Positions 26,403-31,621 of a stretch of DNA of 31,621 bases are shown in pieces. This DNA comes from Octopus sinensis (taxonomy: Eukaryota). Position numbers and translations under genes: made by a program. The stretch covers positions 1 through 31,621 of the forward strand of contig NW_021832297.1 in NCBI RefSeq assembly GCF_006345805.1, written 5' to 3'. The notes beneath the pieces were generated by a model. The model saw only the letters and a program-made list of their open reading frames with translations. It was not told the origin of the DNA and ran no database searches. Numbering within the stretch: the first letter of the stretch is position 1; the number at the start of each line of letters is the position of its first letter.

Positions 26403-26912
26403 TCTATATATATAAAACTGTAGTTGTGTGAGTGTCTGTCCCCTTCGATTTAGATCCTCCTAACTACTCCACATTTTGCGTGCAGTTTAACCAAATTCGG
26501 GTATCTTATAGTCGTGATTCATATCGAGCCTGTCTGGGTATTAGCGCGCGTCTACGATGAGTCTACGATTTTAAAAATAACTTAACATCATTTTTTATTC
26601 CATTTTAATGCATATTTTTTCGTGTGTCGATGGCGGCGGAGTTGGCGTCCACGCTCACATCTGCACCTGTTTGCTTCTCCCCCTTCCCTCCCTCGTGAAG
26701 CTGTGGGGAAGGGAGTGTAAAGAAATCAACGTCGTAAAGCGTTGTCAAGGAGACCAGCGTTCTTTTAGAACAACGACTTCATGGCTTGAAGACACCAAAA
26801 CAGAAATGGCTAAGAAAGCCCGAATTGGCATCTATAAGGGAAGTAACTCTCAAAAAATGCTTATATAGTTATTTCCCTTACAAACCCGAGCAACGCCGGG
26901 TGATACTGTTAG
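26403..26912 (+). mobile_element. Non-autonomous Helitron, copy 4, abutting copy 3 and carrying an extra ~210-bp segment
   Basis: TCTATATATATAAAA begins on the base after CTAG; ends cccgagcaacgccgggtgatactgTTAG|T. Confidence 0.85.
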
Positions 26913-27171
26913 TTTGATATATAATAAAAAGGTACACACACAAAGTATATGCTGTGGTGTGTATAGTTAGATGCAAGAATGCTGATACTGGGTTTAGAGT
27001 TCCATGTACTTTATTATCACCTTCCAATGCAGAGGATCCAAAGACCCAGAACGGTGAACAAATGATAGAAGCTCGTGTTTATCATAAATTCTCATACAGA
27101 TACACATAGACATACATACATAGAATACAGTATCACAAAGGCATATTCCAAGGGGACAGTCGATGGGGTTT

Positions 27172-27239
<68 letters not shown>

Positions 27240-27242
<3 letters not shown>

Positions 27243-27366
27243 GTTCCAGGTTCAGTCCCACTGCGTGGCATCTTTGGGCAAGTGTCTTCTGCTATAGCCC
27301 CGGGCCGACCAATGCTTGTGAGTGGATTTTGTAGACGGAAACTGAAAGAAGCCTGTCGTATATATG

Positions 27367-27398
<32 letters not shown>

Positions 27399-27598
27399 TG
27401 TGTGTGTGTTTGTCCCCCTGCATTGCTTGACAACCGATACTGGTGTGTTTACGTCGTCCCGTCAATTAGCGGTTCGGCAAAAGGTGACCGATAGAATAAG
27501 TACTGGGCTTACAAAGAATAAGTCCCAGGGTCGATTTGTTCGACTAAAGGCGGTGCTCCAGCATGGCCGCAGTCAAATGACTGAAACAAGTAAAAGAG
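27240..27598 (+). mobile_element. SINE-A, 5'-truncated
   Basis: Starts at tggttccaggttcagtccc; taaaagag tail. Confidence 0.88.
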
Positions 27599-27649
27599 TA
27601 TACGTATCTATCTATCTATGTATGTGTATGTATATATAAATATCCACAC

Positions 27650-27769
27650 ACATAGATATGTACGTGCATATTCATTTCATGAATATACACATACATAGCT
27701 ACATGTGTAGGTATTTATATATGCATACACATACATACATAGATAGATACATACATATATATAATATAT

Positions 27770-27802
<33 letters not shown>

Positions 27803-27912
27803 CTATATACTTATGCATATACATACATACATACACACATACATATATATATATGTGTGTGTGTATATGATATGTACATATATTAATATATATATATATA
27901 TATATATATACA
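27650..27912 (+). repeat. (TA)n/(CATA)n low-complexity tract
   Basis: Seen directly. Confidence 0.85.
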
Positions 27913-28237
27913 AATGATGGACTTGATATTCAACCCGGAACTAATGCGGTTTCCAAGAAATCCTCTTGACCACACAGACATGTCAGCGCACATATTCATT
28001 ATCTTAATTTCCCCGATCGCATCCCACCACACAAAAAAAAAAAAAAAAATAAAGAACTCTTCGTTTAAGCTCTAAAATTTTCCCCAACGTTAAGGACTAT
28101 GAAATAAAACGAGGCCAACTAAAGTTTACCAAATGATATTCATGACACGTATTAGCATGTTTGCGTTACCGTTCTACCTTGATAAACCAGCCAATCATAT
28201 TACGAAGCTTGAAGTACCGTAAATACGGACGTTGTCT

Positions 28238-28364
28238 ACCAACCACATGGTTCCGGGTTCAGTCCCACTGCGTGGCACCTTGGGCAAGTGTCTTCTACTA
28301 TAGCCTCGGGCCGACCAAAGCCTTGTGAGTGGATTTGGTAGACGGAAACTGAAAGAAGCCCGTC

Positions 28365-28416
<52 letters not shown>

Positions 28417-28635
28417 CGTTGTGTGTGTTTGTGTGTCTGTGTTTGTCTCCCTAGCATGCTTGACAATCGATGCTGGTGTGTTTATGTCCCCGTTACTTAG
28501 CGGTTCGGCAAAAGAGACCGATAGAATAAGTATAGAATAGAAAAGAATATGTCCCGGGGTCGAGTTGCTCGATTAAAGGCGGTGCTCCAGCATGGCCACA
28601 GTCAAATGACTGAAACAAGTAAAAGAGTAAAGAGT
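28238..28635 (+). mobile_element. SINE-A, 5'-truncated (A-box missing)
   Basis: Starts at taccaaccacatggttccggg; tail present. Confidence 0.88.
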
Positions 28636-28827
28636 AACCTAGTTTAAAATTACTGAGGAAGAGGACGTCTGATTCATAGTATTTCTCAGCAAGTTTTTTT
28701 TACCCCCACTCACTTCTATTAAAAAGAAAAACAATAGAAATTGGCATAGGACTGAGGACAGACGAAGTATTTGCCAGTGGAGGTTGTTATCGAGGGTTCA
28801 ACTTGTGTAAGGCCTATTGGAACCCTA

Positions 28828-29195
28828 GGAGGAGGAAGTACTCCGTCGGTAACGACGACGAGGGTTCTGGTTGATCCGAATCAACGGAACAGCCTGCTCG
28901 TGAAATTAACGTGTAAGTGGCTGAGCACTCCACAGACACGTGTACCCTTAACGTAGTTCTTGGGGATATTCAGCGTGACACAGAGAGTGTCTAGAGGCCG
29001 ACCTTTGAAATACAGGTACAACAGAAACAGGAAGTAAGAGTGAGAGAAAGTTGTGGTGAAAGAGTACAGCAGGGATCACCACCATCCCCTGCCGGAGCCT
29101 CAATAAACACTCACAACGCCCGGTCTGGGAATCGAAACCGCGATCCTACGACCGCGAGTCCGCTGCCCTAACCACTGGGCCATTGCGCCTCCACA
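28828..29195 (-). mobile_element. SINE-C, long-tail subfamily, 11-12 bp TSD
   Basis: TSD (a)ttggaacccta at 28816/17-28827 and 29195/96-29206; head tgtggaggcgcaatggcccagtggttag. Confidence 0.9.
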
Positions 29196-29234
29196 TTGGA
29201 ACCCTAAGCATTAAAGGAATAAACAGAAAATGAG

Positions 29235-29435
29235 CTCCGTCCGGGTTGCTGCGGATCTGTGGAATAAGCTTGCCGGACGAGATAGTGAAGATGCCGACGA
29301 CTGCTCGGTTCAAAGTCTCTCTTGACCAGAAATGGCCTGAACTCTTTGCATGAACACCACCTTGTACATAATTCCATGTCCCCCTACATGGCCTTGCTTT
29401 TTGCTTTTTGAGCCAAAAAATTAACTTAACTTAAC
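29235..29435 (+). mobile_element. CR1-clade LINE 3' end, second copy (frameshifted), (TTAAC)n tail
   Basis: Close match to the reverse complement of 13400-13610. Confidence 0.85.
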
Positions 29436-29603
29436 GTAGAGGAAGCTAAGACAGCATCTAGATGGCCCTGGTTGGAAAGAGGCGATCGATGAAACCAGAA
29501 GAATGAGGTGTGGACAGAAGCCCAAGGGTGAATGCTATGAAACCTAAAACACCACTGGGATACAACTCTGACCATGTATCCAGCTGTTGATGTGTGTTGA
29601 ATT

Positions 29604-30006
29604 AAGGTTGCTGCGCTGGAAGAATCGTTAGGGCGCCAGTTAAAATGGTTAGCGGTATTTCTTCTCGCGGTATTTCTGCCGTTACGTTGTGAGTTCAAAT
29701 TCCGCCGAGGTCGACTTTGCCTTTCAATTAAGTACCAGTTATGCACTGGGGTCGATGTAATCGACTTAATCCCTTTGTCTGTCCTTGTTTGTCCCCTCTG
29801 TGTTTGGCCCCTTGTGGGTAGTAAAGAAATAGGTATTTCTTCTCGCTGTTTACGCCCTGAATTGAAATCCCACCATGATCAACATTGCCTGTCACCCTTA
29901 CGGGGTTGACAAAATAAAATACTAGTTAGATATTGAAGTCGACGTAATCATTTGCTCTCTTTCCCTCAAAACTGCTGGTCTTGTACCAAAATTTAAAACC
30001 ATTATT
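29604..30006 (+). mobile_element. SINE-B monomer with an internal deletion, followed through the aaagaaataggtattt junction by a degenerate second unit with the alternative tail
   Basis: gagttcaaattccgccgaggtcgactttgcc core; junction at ~29823-29838. Confidence 0.75.
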
Positions 30007-30027
30007 GTTATTATTAAAGCACCGAAT

Positions 30028-30820
30028 AAGGCGGCGAGCTGGCAGAAACGTTAGCACACTGGGCGAAATGTGTAGCCGTATTTAGTCTGCCGCTACGTTG
30101 TGAGTTCAAATTCCACCGAGGTTGACTTTGCCTTTCATCCTTTCGGGGTCGATAAATTAAGTACCAGTTACGCACTGTGATCGATGTAATCGACTTAATC
30201 CGTTTGTCTGTCCTTGTTTGTCTTCTCTGTGTCTGGGAAGCACTCCGTCGGTTACGACGACGAGGGTTCCGGTTGATCTGATCAACGGAACAGCCTGCTC
30301 GTGAAATTAACGTGTAAGTGGCTGAGCACTCCACAGACACGTGTACCCTTAACGTAGTTCTCGGGGATATTCAGCGTGGCACAGAGATTGACTAGGCCGG
30401 CCCTTGAAAATACAGGTACAACAGAAACAGGAAGTAAGAGTGACAGAAGTTGTGGTGAAAGAGTACAGCAGGGATCACCACCATCCTGCCGGAGCCTCGT
30501 GGAGCTTTAGGTGTTTCGCTCAATAAACACTCACAACGCCCGGTCTGGGAATCGAAACCGCGATCCTATAACCGCGAGTCCGCTGCCCTAACCACTGGGC
30601 CATTGCGCCTCCACATCTCTGTGTCTAGCCCCTTGTGGGTAGTAAAGAAATAGGTATTTCGTCTGCCGCTACGTTCTGAGTTCAAATTCAACCGAGGTCC
30701 ACTTTGCTTTTCATCCTTTCGGGGTCGATAAATTAAGTACCAGTTACGCACTGGGGTCGATGTAATCGACAAAATCTCCACCTCCCCAAGCTGCCCTTGT
30801 GGCAAAAATTTGAAATTATT
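30028..30820 (+). mobile_element. SINE-B dimer interrupted by a SINE-C insertion
   Basis: Unit 1 at 30028-30234 resumes at 30616; the same junction leads into unit 2 at ~30655. Confidence 0.82.
30235..30615 (-). mobile_element. SINE-C, long-tail subfamily, nested in SINE-B, 11-bp TSD
   Basis: TSD tctctgtgtct at 30224-30234 and 30616-30626. Confidence 0.9.
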
Positions 30821-31054
30821 AAAGCGGTGAGCTGGCAGAATCATTGTGTCCATTATTATTATTATTTTTTTTTTTACAATCGTTTACTAAAATTGGCATC
30901 AAATCATTTTATAATATAGTTTCACGCAACATGGGTCTTCTCAATTTGATGAGGTCGTGTCAGTCTAAAAAGGTGCGAGTGCTGTACTTTGAAGAGGGGT
31001 GAATTCTATCTTTCTGAAGAAGCTTGCGGCAGAATGAGCGTTCATAGGGTTATA

Positions 31055-31478
31055 GGATCTTTTCGGTTTGAACGGCAGTTTTTAACATAATTTCTAGGTA
31101 ACTAAAAACCTTTTAAACTTCGTATACTGGTAGAATGTGTTTATAAAACATCTTTTTCTCTTGACTTTATTGAGAAAATCCTATAGTTTGTCAGATATTT
31201 GTTGTTTTTTTCTTCAATTTCTGCAATTTCAATCAATCAATGACGTCCATTGAGGTAAAAAAAACATTCTGTGCCGTATGAATATGTCCCTCGTTTAAGA
31301 AACAGATTGGGTTTATTTACATTTGTGAAGAAAAAAAAGATACCTTCCCCCCACCCCTAACCCTAACCCTAACCCTAAAACGGATTGAAATGCAATAGAT
31401 CGATACTAGGGTCATAATTATGGGTGACAATTTCATATGACACCGCTAGAAAAACTGCCGTTCAAACCGAAAAGATCC
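31055..31478. mobile_element. 424-bp MITE: perfect 29-bp TIRs, 8-bp TSD, internal (CCCTAA)n telomere-type repeats
   Basis: TIR GGATCTTTTCGGTTTGAACGGCAGTTTTT at both ends; TSD gggttata at 31047-31054 and 31479-31486; ccctaa x4 at ~31356-31379. Confidence 0.9.
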
Positions 31479-31621
31479 GGGTTATATTCTATCAGTTTGA
31501 AATGGTGTGGACTCAGACAATTTAAAGAGGTTTTGACAGTCTGCGCCAACAGCCAAAATATTATAAACGTGTCCTTTATATTTTGTTTACAGTTTGTTTA
31601 CAATTTAAACTAATTTTTTTA

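Noticed and set aside
3455-28540. Recurrent ORFs starting MSSNARGTNTDTQ or MSGFGRRKLKEA
   Set aside because: They recur at each SINE-A copy, on either strand; translations of a non-coding repeat
31356-31379. (CCCTAA)4 as a chromosome end or fusion relic
   Set aside because: It lies inside a TIR- and TSD-bounded MITE, with ordinary sequence continuing beyond

Overview
Eukaryotic, AT-rich, repeat-saturated genomic DNA. The SINE and microsatellite landscape resembles that of coleoid cephalopods (probably Octopus); this is an inference from recalled repeat motifs, not a database result. One host gene can be reconstructed by hand on the + strand: an SLC17-family (sialin-like) MFS anion transporter with 11 coding exons from 204 to 21262 (1416 nt, 471 aa). 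All exon phases join correctly, and intron 7 is a non-canonical GC-AG intron. The six-frame track shows only pieces of this gene; most other listed ORFs are microsatellite or SINE artefacts. The rest of the window is mobile DNA: three tRNA-derived SINE families plus a fourth SINE-like repeat (including 4x, 5x and 6x tandem arrays), four non-autonomous Helitrons, four TIR/hairpin MITE families, remnants of CR1, RTE and R4/Dong-like LINEs, an internally deleted mariner, two degenerate minimal hammerhead-like motifs, and a 1.75-kb Asp/Glu-codon higher-order minisatellite in intron 1. No second host gene could be supported downstream of 21.3 kb. All coordinates were counted by eye; repeat boundaries are approximate to a few bp.
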